Assembly: GCA_964344565.1 (NCBI GenBank)
Contig: CAYFNT010000012.1
Coordinates: forward strand, 30,648-94,647
Source: an uncultured bacterium
GTDB lineage: Bacteria; Krumholzibacteriota; Krumholzibacteriia; JACNKJ01
Reading direction: 5' to 3'
DNA: 64,000 nt
Shown here: positions 7,996 through 19,300 of the stretch, piece by piece
Position numbering within the stretch: position 1 is the stretch's first letter
Layout of the letters: each line of letters begins with the position of its first letter
The notes under the pieces: model-generated
The model's database searches: none
What the model was told of the DNA's origin: nothing
Seen by the model: the letters and a program-made list of their open reading frames with translations, nothing else
Translations under genes and position numbers: made by a program

Positions 7996-10356
7996 ATGGC
8001 CCTGGAATTCGGTCCTCGCCGCGCCCGAACTCTGAAGGTCCTGGACGCCATGGGCGGGATGGATCCCGCGCTGAACCCTCAGGACGCGCCTCACTGGGAG
8101 CGCTTCGATCTCATCTACCGCTCTCTCTGCGCCGTGCTCTTCAACTTCGTGCCCATGAGCGGCCATCCCGGCGGCTCGATCTCATCGGGCCGATTCGCCG
8201 CCTCCCTGCTTTTCCGCTGGATGGACTACGACCCTTCCGATCCCGAGCGGGCCGAAAACGATCTCATTTCTTACGCCGCGGGACACAAGGCCCTGGGCGT
8301 CTACGCCATGTGGGCCCTGCGCGACGAGGTGATGCGCCTGGCGGCTCCCGAACTGCTTCCCGGCGACGTCCGCCAGCGACTGCGCCTGGAGGACCTGCTC
8401 GGCTTCCGCCGCAATCCCGCCACCGATACGCCCTTGTTCAGGGAGTTCGGCAGCAAGGCCCTGGACGGACATCCCACGCCCGCCACGCCCTACCTCAAGC
8501 TGGCCACCGGCGCCTCGGGCATCGGTTTCGCCTCCAGCGTGGGCCTGGGCTTCGCCGCCCGCGACGCCTGGGGTGCGCAGGCGCCCAAGGTGCACATCGT
8601 CGAAGGCGAGGGCGGCATGACCGCCGGACGGGTGAGCGAATCCCTGGCCGCCGCCGGCACCGCGTCCCTGGACAATCTCATCCTGCATCTGGACTGGAAC
8701 CAGGCCTCCATCGATTCGGACTGGGTCTGCCGCGAGGGCGATCGTCCCGGCGACTACGTGCAGTGGGATCCTCGCGAGATGGCCTACCTCCACGACTGGA
8801 ACGTGCTCGAGGTGGCCGACGGGAGCGACCTCGCTCAGGTTCACGCCGCCCAGCGTCTTGCCCTCGACATGGACAGTGGGCAGCCCACGGCCATCGTCTA
8901 TCGTACGGTGAAGGGCTGGCGCTACGGCATCGAGGGGAAGGCCTCCCACGGCGGTGGACACAAGTTCGGATCGGAGGGCTACTACGAAGCCCTCCAGCCC
9001 CTCTCGGAGGCCGCGGGCGTGGCCTTCCCGGCCTGTCCCGACACCAAGGACCCGGCGGATGTCGAGGCCGCCTACTGGGCCACCCTCGAGAGCTTCCGCG
9101 CCCTCATCGAGTCCGAAGGCGACATGCTCGCCTTCCTGGGCGGGCAGCTCGCCGAATCGCGCCGCCGTCTGGAAGACCGGTCCCGCGACTCGGCCAAGAA
9201 CGAAATGCGCCTGGACTCGGTTTGGGAGCGGGCCGAGGCCCAGGGACTCGAGGCGCCCGAGGAGCTCAGCCTTGAAATCGGCGCTTCCGCCACCCTGCGC
9301 GGACAGCTTGGAAAGATCCTCAACTGGTACAACCACGCCTCCGGCGGAGCCATCCTCTCGGCCGCCGCGGACCTCCTGGGATCCACCAGCGTGCTCACCG
9401 CCGGCAAGGGGTTCGGCGAGGGCTTCTACCACAGCGCGAACAACGCCGGGAGCCGCATCCTCTCGGTGGGGGGCATCTGTGAGGACGGCATCAGCGGCGT
9501 CATGAGCGGCATCTCCGCCTACGGCTCCCACCTGGCCGTGGCCAGCAGCTACGGCGCCTTCATCGCGGCGCTGGGGCACGTCTCGGCCCGCCTGCATGCC
9601 ATCGGCATGCAGGCCATGACCGAGCGCATGCCCGAGGAGCCCCTGCGCCCCCTCATGCTGGTCTGCGCCCATGCGGGCATGAAGACCGGTGAGGACGGTC
9701 CCACCCACGCCGACCCGCAGGCACTGCAGCTCCTGCAGGAGAACTTTCCCGCGGGATCGGCCCTTACCCTGACGCCCTGGGATCCCCAGGAGCTCTGGCC
9801 CCTGCTCACCCGGGCCCTTCAGATCCGACCGGCGCTCATCGCGCCCTTCGTGACCCGGCCGGGCGAGAACATCCTGGATCGGGAAGCCCTCGGCCTGGCG
9901 CCGGCCGCCGAGGCGGCTCAGGGGCTCTACCGACTGCGCGCGCCCAAGGGTCGCCCCGACGCCACCCTCGTGCTGCAGGGAAGCGGAGTCACCTACGCCT
10001 TCCTGGAAGGGGCCCTGCCCCTGCTCGAGAAGGAGGGGGTGGACCTCGAGCTCTTCTACGTGGCCAGCGCCGAACTCTTCGACGCCCTGCCCGTGGAGAA
10101 GCAAAGGGAGATCTATCCGGAGGAGAAGGCCCGAGCGGCCATGGGCATCACCGGCTTCACGCCGGCGACCCTGCATCGCTGGATTCTGTCGGAAGCGGGA
10201 CGCGCCGCGACCCTGCATCCCTTCCGGGGCGGGCACTACCTGGGCAGCGGTCAGGCCGACAAGGTCATCGCCCAGGCCGGCATGGACGGGAAGAGCCAGG
10301 CTCAGGCGGTGCTGCGCTACGTGGAATCCCGGGCGGGGACGGCCTCCCGGAATTGA
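7996..10356 (+). CDS. Transketolase-family thiamine-diphosphate-dependent enzyme (786 aa, longer than canonical transketolase)
   Basis: GHPGGSISSG and AAGHKALGVYAMWAL (TPP-binding N-terminal motifs of transketolase), and GEDGPTHADPQALQ (pyrimidine-binding domain GEDGPTH motif). The 684-aa antisense ORF 8182..10236 is rejected. Confidence 0.6.
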   Translation: MALEFGPRRARTLKVLDAMGGMDPALNPQDAPHWERFDLIYRSLCAVLFNFVPMSGHPGGSISSGRFAASLLFRWMDYDPSDPERAENDLISYAAGHKALGVYAMWALRDEVMRLAAPELLPGDVRQRLRLEDLLGFRRNPATDTPLFREFGSKALDGHPTPATPYLKLATGASGIGFASSVGLGFAARDAWGAQAPKVHIVEGEGGMTAGRVSESLAAAGTASLDNLILHLDWNQASIDSDWVCREGDRPGDYVQWDPREMAYLHDWNVLEVADGSDLAQVHAAQRLALDMDSGQPTAIVYRTVKGWRYGIEGKASHGGGHKFGSEGYYEALQPLSEAAGVAFPACPDTKDPADVEAAYWATLESFRALIESEGDMLAFLGGQLAESRRRLEDRSRDSAKNEMRLDSVWERAEAQGLEAPEELSLEIGASATLRGQLGKILNWYNHASGGAILSAAADLLGSTSVLTAGKGFGEGFYHSANNAGSRILSVGGICEDGISGVMSGISAYGSHLAVASSYGAFIAALGHVSARLHAIGMQAMTERMPEEPLRPLMLVCAHAGMKTGEDGPTHADPQALQLLQENFPAGSALTLTPWDPQELWPLLTRALQIRPALIAPFVTRPGENILDREALGLAPAAEAAQGLYRLRAPKGRPDATLVLQGSGVTYAFLEGALPLLEKEGVDLELFYVASAELFDALPVEKQREIYPEEKARAAMGITGFTPATLHRWILSEAGRAATLHPFRGGHYLGSGQADKVIAQAGMDGKSQAQAVLRYVESRAGTASRN

Positions 10357-13300
10357 TCAGCTCCTCACCTTGCTGACCTCGCCGAGCTTCACCCGGACCC
10401 GGTGCTTGGCGCCGTCGTCCTCCAGGGGCAGGACGTCATCCTGCAGACTCCGGCCGTCCAACTCGATGGACTCCACCCGGCCGCTTCCCTCGACCTCGAT
10501 CTCGTAGATGGCCCGCCCGAAGCGGTAGGAAAGCTTGAAGCCCTTCCATTCGGCCGGGATGCTCGGGGACAGGCGCAGGCGCGAACCGGCCAGATCCAGT
10601 CCGAGCACGTCCTCCAGCCAGACGCGGAAGTACCAGCTGGCGGCGCCGGTGTACCAGGACCATCCGCCCATGCCCAGGTGTCCCTCGAGGCGATAGACGT
10701 CGGCGGCGATGACGTAGGGCTCCACCCGATAGCGGTGGGCGCTCTCGCCGTCGTAGGCGTGGCTGATGGGATTGAGCAGGTCGAGGATCTCCACGGCCTC
10801 CTCGCCCCGTCCCCGCAGGGCGAAGGCCTTGGCCAGCCAGGTGGCGGCGTGGGTGTACTGTCCGCCGTTCTCCCGCACGCCCGGCGGATAGCTCTTGATG
10901 TAGCCCGGGTCCATGTCCCACTTCTCGAATGGGGGCGCGAAGAGAAGCACCAGTCGGTCCTCCCGGCGCACCAGTTCCTCCCGCGCCGAATCCAGGGCGC
11001 GGTCGGTGCGTTCCGGATCGCCGAGTCCCGAGATGGCGGCCCAGGACTGGCTGAGGGAATCCAGGCGGGCCTCCTCGCTCCACTTGGAGCCGAGGGGAGT
11101 GCCGTCGTCGAAGAAGGCGCGCAGGTACCAGTCGCCGTCCCAGGCGCTCTTCTCCACGTTGGCGGCGAGCTGTTGCGCGCGACCGAGGTAACCTTCGGCC
11201 TCGTCCTCCCGGCCGAGGCGCCGGCAGATGCGCGCGAAACTCTGCAGCACGTCGCCGAGGAACCAGGCCATCCAGACGCTCTCACCCTTGCCGCCGATTC
11301 CCACGCGATTCATGCCGTCGTTCCAGTCTCCGCTGCCCATGAGGGGCAGTCCGCGCTCGCCGAGGTTCAATCCCTTCTGGATGGCCAGACGGCAATGCTC
11401 GAAGAGGGTGGCGCTCTCCACGGTCTCTGCGGGCTGCACGAAGATCTCGTGCTGCTCCTTGGTGAGAGGCGCGGCCTCCAGGAAGGGCACCTGTTCGTGG
11501 AGAATGGCCTCGTCGTCCATCATTTCCACGTAACGCGCCGTGACGTAGGGCAGCCAGAGCAGGTCGTCCGAACAGCGGGAACGGATGCCCGCGCCGCTCT
11601 GGGGATGCCACCAGTGCTGCACGTCGCCCTCCCGGAACTGGCGCGCGGCCGCACGGAGGATCTGCTCGCGCACGAGCTGGGGCGAGTTGTGCAGCAGGGC
11701 CATGGAATCCTGGAGCTGGTCGCGGAAGCCCACCGCGCCGCCGGACTGATAGAGGGCCGAGCGTCCCCAGATGCGGCAGCTCAAGGCCTGATAGGGGAGC
11801 CAACGATTCAGCATGATGTTCGCGCGATCGTCGGGGGTCTCCACCTGCACGGAGCCCAGGAGCTTGTCCCACCAATCGGTGGTGGCCTCGTAGCTCTCCG
11901 CCCGCCTCTGCGCGTCGGCGAAGCGGGCGACCAGAGCCATGACCTCTTCCCTGGACGCGCCCTGTCCGAGGAGGATGCAGAGCTCCCGGTCCTCGCCCGG
12001 ATCCAGTTCGAGGCTCAGCTGCATGGCGGCGCAGGGATCCAGGCCCGCGCCCGTGCGCCCCGAAAGTCCCTCGCCCTTCAGCGCGGCGGGGTCGGCCGGG
12101 CGACCGTTGCGGCCCAGGAACTCCACCCGGTCGCCCGTGTGATGCTCGGCCCGCGGGCTCATGGCCGCGAAGGCGAGGCGATGTCCGAAATCGGAATGGT
12201 AGCGGTTCCTCGCGAAGAGGATGCCCGCCTTCTCTTCCCACTGGGTGACCACGTGCAGCTGGGTGTCCTCGCGGTTCTCGCCGAGGGTCCACTCGGTGTA
12301 GTAGGTCACCGAGAGCTTGCGGCGACGGCCGCTGTTGTTGCGAAGCCGCAGTCGCTGCACGCGCAGGGGCAGTCCTCCGGCGTCGTCCATGGGCACGAAG
12401 GTGAGCAGGTCCTGCTCGATGGCGTGGCTGTTGTGCTCGAAGCGGGTGTAGCCCGCTCCGTGTCGGATACGGTAGGGCTCGATCTCGCGGATGGGCAGGG
12501 GAGTGGGGGACCAGAGCCGTCCCGACTCCTCGTCGCGAATGAAGATGGCGTCGGAGGGAGGATCCGAAACGGGATCGTTGGCCCAGGCGTTCAGACGATT
12601 CTGCTGGCTGTTGCCGAACCAGCAGAATCCGCCGCCCGACTCGCTCACCATGGCGCCGAACTCGGGATTCGCCATCACGTTCACCCAGGGCGCGGGGGTC
12701 TGCTCGCCCTCGTTCAGGGTGATCACGTACTCGCGCCCGTCTGGAGTGAAACCGCCCAGGCCATTCTCGTGGACGAGTTCCTGATAGGGCAACTTGAAGG
12801 AGGGTTCTTCGGGCAGGGTCTTGAAGCTGCGGGGAGCCGTCTCCGCGCTCCATTTCACGGGCAGGCCGAACTGCTGGGGCAGGGGACCGCGGGCCGCCAC
12901 CAGGTGCACGTGGGACGCGGAGAGCAGCAGGTGAAGGTCGTCCTCCGAAAGCTGATCGGCCCTGCGCAGGAAGACGCCGCCGGGGGTGTCCACGCCCGTG
13001 TACATGCTGTTGGCCTGCACCAGGCGCATGAGCTGTTCCTGGAGCGGCTTGTCGTAGCTTGCGCCCTCTTCGTTGAGGATGACCAGATCGGCGACGAGCC
13101 CGTTCTTCCTCCAGTAGTTGTGAGCGAGCAGGAGCTGGCGCACCAGGGACATGTCGCGCACCTGCCCCACGCTCACGGCCACGATGGGCAGGTCTCCCGA
13201 GATGCCGTGGGCCCAGAGGTTCCGCTGGCCCAGGCGGTTCTGCCGCAGACGATCCTCGGGGGCCCGGAACTGTCGGCTGGGATAGAGCACGTGTGCAGCC

Positions 13301-16300
13301 AGCTGCTGGAAGCGGCGGGCCTCGTCGGGCTGGATGCGCAGGTGACGGAGCTGAAGCTGGGCGTGCCGCCAGGCCAGCTCCAGTTCTCGGGCGATGGCCT
13401 TCTCGTCGCCGTAGCGATCCAGGACGGCCAGCACGCCGTCGCGGGTCTCCGAAGCCGCGAGCAGCAGATTGAATCGCACCCGCGCCTGGGGCTCGAGCAC
13501 GATGGACTTGCGCAGGCTGAAGATGGAGTCGAGTACCCGACCCTTGCCGCCGGAAAGGGGCGCGCCCAGTGCGGCAGGATCGGAGGCGTCCCGTCCGCGC
13601 CAGAGGAAGCTGCGACGGTCCGTCTCGTACTGGAGTCCGGCCTCTGTCCGGTGTTCGAAGACCAGACGGTGCCCCGCCCAGATGGCTTCGCCGTCCGCGT
13701 CCTTGGGACGCCGCTGGGCCAGCAGCGCTTCCGCTTCGGGAAGGAATTCCGTTTCCACGAAGAGCTTCGAATAGGCCTGGTGCTGACGATCCGCCCTGTG
13801 CTCGGCCAGGGCGAGTTCGTAGAAGCTCGTGATCTCCAGGCGGCGCGTTGATGCCGTACGATTGCTCAGGGTGATCTGCCGGATTTCGAGATCGTCCTCG
13901 GGCGCCACGATGATCTCGGTCTCGCAGTGGATTCCGTGATCCAGGCGCCGGAATCGCGCGCGATCCGCGGCGAAGTTCACGCTGAACTCCCCGCCCTCAT
14001 CGCCCAGCGGCTGGAAGGTATTGCTCCAGACCTCCCCGCTTTGCTCGTCCCGGAAGAAGCAGAAGCTGCCCCAGTGATCGCGGGTTCCGTCGGCCCGCCA
14101 GCGGGTGAGATTGACGCCGTTCCAGCGCGAGTACCCGCCGCCGGCCGCCGTGAGCATGATGTTCATGTTGCCGTTGCCCAGCAGCAGGGTCTGGGGCGTG
14201 CGCGTGTGGGGCGTCTCGAAGTTGCGGGTGGCCGGAGCCACGTCGGCCGGAAGCATGCGCGTGGCGGTCCACTGGCGCAGGGGAACCTTGTAGAGTGGCG
14301 GAGCCACGGGGATGCGCTCGTAGAGCAGGGGCTCGGTGGCCTCGACCCGTGGATCGGCATGGAAACGATCCTGGAGGATGCCGTCGAATAGGAAGTTGCT
14401 CAGGGCCAGGAAGCCCATGGCCTGATGATGGATCATGTAGGCGTGCACCACCACGCCGTGTTCTCCGGCCCGGCGTCGCTGGCGTCCGTAGTCGATGGAT
14501 TCGAAGAAGCCGTAGTGCCCGTAGAGGTCGTTGGCCTCCAGCTTGCGCAGGTTGGCGATGGACTCCTTGGGCTTGAAGGGCACGGCCAGCAGGGTCGAAT
14601 AGGGGGAGACCACGAGGTCATCGTCGAGACCGCGCTTGAGCCCCAGGCCGGGGGAGCCGAAGGCCTTGTACTGATAGGTGTTCTGCGCGTCCAGATCGCT
14701 GAAGGCCGATTCGGAGATTCCCCAGGGCACCTTCTGCTGGTTGCCGTAGTGGATCTGCTGGTCCACCGCGTCGCTGCAGGACTTGTCCAGGAGCGATTTC
14801 TCGAAGACCCGCTGGAAGAGCGTGGGCATGAGGTACTCGAACATGGTGCCGCCCCAGCTGAGCAGCACGCGTTTGCGATTGACCATGCCGTAGGGCCTCG
14901 AAAGGGACAGCCAGTGATCGGCGGGCACGTCGCCCCGGGCGATGGCCACGAAGCTGGTGAGGCGGGCCTCGCTGGCCAGCAGGTCGTAGTAGGAGCCGTC
15001 CAGGGTCTCGTCGCCCACCTTGTAGCCGATGGAGAAGAGGCGCCGCTCGCGATCGTAGAGGAAGCGCATGTTCATGCCCGAGGCGAGTTCCCGCGCGCGC
15101 TCGATGAGGCGCTCGGCCTGCTGCATGCGCAGGGCCGCCCTCTCGTGGCATGCGCGGAAGCTGGCTTCCAGACGTTCGATCCAGCGGCGACTGCTGTCCT
15201 GGATCTCGTCCACCGTGGCCAGGGCGAAGATGCGGTTCAGCGCGGGCACCGAGGTGCTGGCCAGTTCGGCCATGGAGGGCGCATGGTCGAGCAGGGCTTC
15301 CCAGTCCGCCTGCCCTTCCTCGCCCAGATGGGGAAGAAGTTCCTGGGGCACTTCGGCCAGCAGTTCCATCCAGGCCAGGTATCGGTCGGCGAGGATGGAC
15401 AGGCTCTCGAGGTCTTCCCGCAGCTTGCCGTTCCAGTAGGACGCCTCGGCCACCTCTCCGCGGCTGCCCATGCCGGCGCCGAGGATCAACTCGCCCGCAT
15501 GGCGCGAGGCCTCGCGGATCTGTCCGAGGCGGCTGAGCAGCTTGCCCGATGGGCGCGAGAGCAGGCGGTCCAGAGCGTCCAGCACCTGCAGGGGTTCGGC
15601 GGCCAGGCGCGAAGGATCGATGCTCTCCATGAGCAGTCGCAGGGAGTCGTTGGGTCCGCTGAAGGAGGCCTCGCGCAGGAGCGGCCGCTCGTAGATCTCG
15701 CGAATGCCGGGACCCAGGGCCCAGAGGCTGCCCAGGAGGTTTCCGCTGTCCACCGTGGACACGTAGCGTGGCTCCAGGGGATGCAGGTCGTTCAAGTCGT
15801 ACCAGTTCAGCAGGTGTCCATGGTAGCGTTCGAGCTTGTCGAGGCTGTCGAAGGTTCTCTCGATGCGATCCACCGCATCGTCGGGGCGGATGAAGCCGAA
15901 GTCCTGGGCGGCCAGGGAGGACAGCATCCAGAGTCCGATGTTGGTGGGACTGGTGCGCATGGCCAGTCCGCCGTCGTAGGAGACCTGGTAGTTGTCCGGC
16001 GGGAGCCAGTGGGTGTCCTCGCCGATGAAGTCGTCGAAGTAGCGCCAGGTGCGGCGGGCGATGCGGCGGAGGTAGAGGTGATCCTGGCGAGAGAGCTTGC
16101 CGAGGGACTCGTTGGTCCGATCGGGACGGTTGAGCCTGAGCGCCAGGACGGGCCCCGCGAACCAGAGTGCCAGGAAGGGCAGGGCGGGCCAGAGGCCGGG
16201 CGCGTCGGTCAGCAGGATTCCGATGAGGAGCAGCAGGGCCAGGGCCGCGCCCACGGCCACGCGAAGGAGGAAGCCGGCCGACTGTCCCCCCGAGTGGGCC

Positions 16301-19300
16301 TTGGCCATGGCGGCGGTGGTCCACTCGAGCATCTTCTTGCCGCTGATGAAGCGGCGGTGCATGGCGCGGAGGGTGGCGTCGAGGGTCATCCACGACTGGT
16401 GGGGGAGCAGGGCCGTGTCCGAGAGGGTCCGAACGAAATCGTAGCCCAGCTCGCGGCGGGAGAGTTTCATCCACTGGCTCGGGGTCAGAAGCCAGGTGCT
16501 CAGTCGCGTGAGCACCGGGAAGAGCAGGACCAGCGCCGCCAGGATCGCCGTGGCGGCGGCGAGGGCCGCACCGGCGAACCATGACAGGGGCAGCAGGGTG
16601 AGCAGGGCGGGCAGGGCCATGCTGCGGCGTAGATTGTCGAAGACCTTCCAGCGGGACAGGGCGTCCAGGGGGTTGGCCGTCTTCTTGCCGTCGCCGCCGG
16701 GAACCCGGGGGGCCGACCAGTCTGCGATCTGCCAGTCGCCTCGGATCCAGCGGTGCTGGCGCATGGCGAAGGAACGGTAGTCGGCGGGGAAATCGTCGTA
16801 GAGCTCGATGTCGGTGGCCAGGCCAACCCGCACGTGGGCGCCTTCGATGAGGTCGTGGCTGAGGATGGTCTGCTCGGGGAAGCGATCGGTGAGCACCTGA
16901 TGGAAGGCGCGAAGATCGTAGATGCCCTTGCCGTGGTAGGAACCCTCGCCGGCGAGATCCTGATAGACGTCCGAGACAGCGCGGGTGTAGGGATCCGTGC
17001 CCGTGGGATCCGTATAGATGCGCGAGAAAAGGCTGGTCATGGCGCTGGGCAAGCCGGTGCTCACCCGCGGCTGGATGAGCGTGTAGCCGTCGATGACACG
17101 CGTTCCGTCGTCGCTGAGCCAGGGACGATTGAGGGGGTGGGCCAGGGTCTCCACCATGCGCCGCGCGGTGTCGCGGGGCAGTTCGGTGTCGGCGTCAAGG
17201 GTGATGACGAAGCGCACGTTGTCCAATAGGCTCGGATCGCCGGCCTGGATGAGCCCATCGCCGGCCCGGGGTCTTTCACCGCTGAGCAGACGGTTCAGCT
17301 CCTCGAGCTTGCCGCGCTTGCGTTCCCAGCCGATGTATCGACCCTCCGATTCGCACCATTCCCGATCCCGGTGGAAGAAGAAGAAACGGTTCTCGCCGTG
17401 GCGGCGAGCCAGTTCATCCACGGCCTTCTTCGCGTGGGCCAGGATCTCCGCATCCCGAGGCGTGGTTTCCTCGTCGGCGTCGGTGAAATCGCCGAAGAGA
17501 CCGTAGAGCAGGTTGTCGCCGGGATTGGCGAGGTATCGGATCTCGAGCTTGCGGAGTTCCTCGTCGATGACCTGCTCGCTGATGGACAGCATGGGCACGA
17601 CCACCAGGGTGCGGAACTCGTCGGGAATGCCCGTGCGCTTGAAGGACATCTTCGGTAGGGCCCTCGGCGTGAGGCCCCGGGAGATGGCGTAGTTGAGCAG
17701 CTGCAGGGAAAGCTGACTGGCCGGGAATGCCGCCAGGATCAGGATGGGCAGGAGCCAGCCGGCCCCGACGCCGGAGGCCAGACCGACCCAGGCCAGGGCG
17801 ACCAGGAGGGACAGGGTCATGAGGCCCAGGGAACCCAGGTAGATCGGCGAGGCCCTGTGGGTGATTCGCCTGCGGGCGCGACGGCGCCAGGAATCGCGGG
17901 TGAAGAGGCTGTCGAGCAGGGCGGGACGGCCCTTGCCCACGAGCCACCAGCCCACATGGCCGAGCCGCTCCTCGTTCTCCTCGCCCTGGGCCGCGGCGGC
18001 CAGCTCGGTGGCCTTGCGCGCCACTTCCTCCTCTCCGAGCTTCGAGGCGCGGGCGACCTCTTCCACCGCGTCGCGGTAGCTGTCGCGGGTGGAGAAGTCC
18101 ATCTTGGAGAAGTGTCCGCCGGGATCCTGCACCAGTACCTTCTCTACCATGCTCTGCTGCTCGAAGATCTCGCGCCAGTCCAGCAGGGTGAGCTGCCTCA
18201 GGCTGGTGATGGCGTTGCCGATGGAGGCCCGGTCGGCGGCTTGCTCGGACTGCTCCCTCTGCAGCATCTCGGCCAGGGGAATGGCCATCTTCTGTTCCAG
18301 CCAGGTGCGCACGGGCACCAGGGCCGCGTCCTCGTCGAAGAGGTGGCTGGTGATCTGCGAGGCGAAGTGGGGGCTGGGCTCGGGATGCTGCTCGGCCATC
18401 TCGGCCAGGATTCGCAGCAGCTGATTCGGATCGCGCCGGCTCGCGGCCAGCAGGCGGTGGGCCCAGAAGTCGGCGCTCTCGCGCTCGTGGAGGCGACGGT
18501 CCACCCGCTGGGTGAGGCGGCAGAGCCCGGTGAGCAGGGCGATGCGCAGCATCATGGGGAAGGCCCAGAGCTCGCCGATGGTCAGGGGCGAGACCGATTG
18601 ATAGGCCTCGAGGAAATCGCCGATGTTGTGACGATCCAGCCAGCCGTCGGTATGCTGGATCATCTCCTTGGCCATGTTGTAGATGCGCGGCAGGCCCCGG
18701 TGGGGGTCGCTATCCAGCACGGGAAGTTCCCGGTAGAAGCCCTTGGGCAGGTTCAGGCGCACGTCGTTGATCTGGCCCTGCACGATGTAGGCGTTGTCGA
18801 GGATCCACTCGGCCGAGGTGGAGATGCGCTGGTCGAGCTTGGAGACGTCCTCCAGGCCCCGGCGGACCTCCTGGATGACCCGCTCGCAGCGATCCAGACG
18901 CTTGAGCAGCGACTCTTCCTTGCCCCGGCTCGGACGCACCTTGTGGCGGGTGGCCAGCTCTCTGGAGTGTTGCCGGAACTGATTGCTTGTCAGGGGGGTT
19001 TGGCGCGTCTCTTCATCCGGAATCTTGTGCTTTCGGTCCGGATGGAAGGTGAAGATGGAGGGCTGGACCTCGCCGATTCGGCGCAGGATGGGCAGCTCGC
19101 CGGCCAGGGAGGAGAAGCGGGCCTGGAGCATCAACATGTTCTCGCCGGTGACCAGGTAGCGGGCGTAGGTGTTCAGGGGCGCGCGGGCCAGACCGAAGGG
19201 AGCGCCCAGGCCGCGCTGGATGCGGACCTGTCCCGATCGGGATTTCCTCAGAACCGCCACCTTCCGGTAGCCCCGTCGCCTCAACTGCTCCAGCGCCCGC

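Noticed and set aside
8182-10236. 684-aa ORF antisense to the transketolase-family gene
   Set aside because: It lies entirely inside a well-supported plus-strand gene and has a Gly/Ala/Arg-rich low-complexity translation with no motifs. It is a typical high-GC antisense artefact.
10402-16584. Long plus-strand ORFs (1149 aa, 719 aa and others) overlapping the cyclic glucan synthase gene
   Set aside because: They are antisense or off-frame to a 9-kb gene with clear GT84 and GH94 homology. Their translations are Ala/Gly/Arg-rich nonsense.
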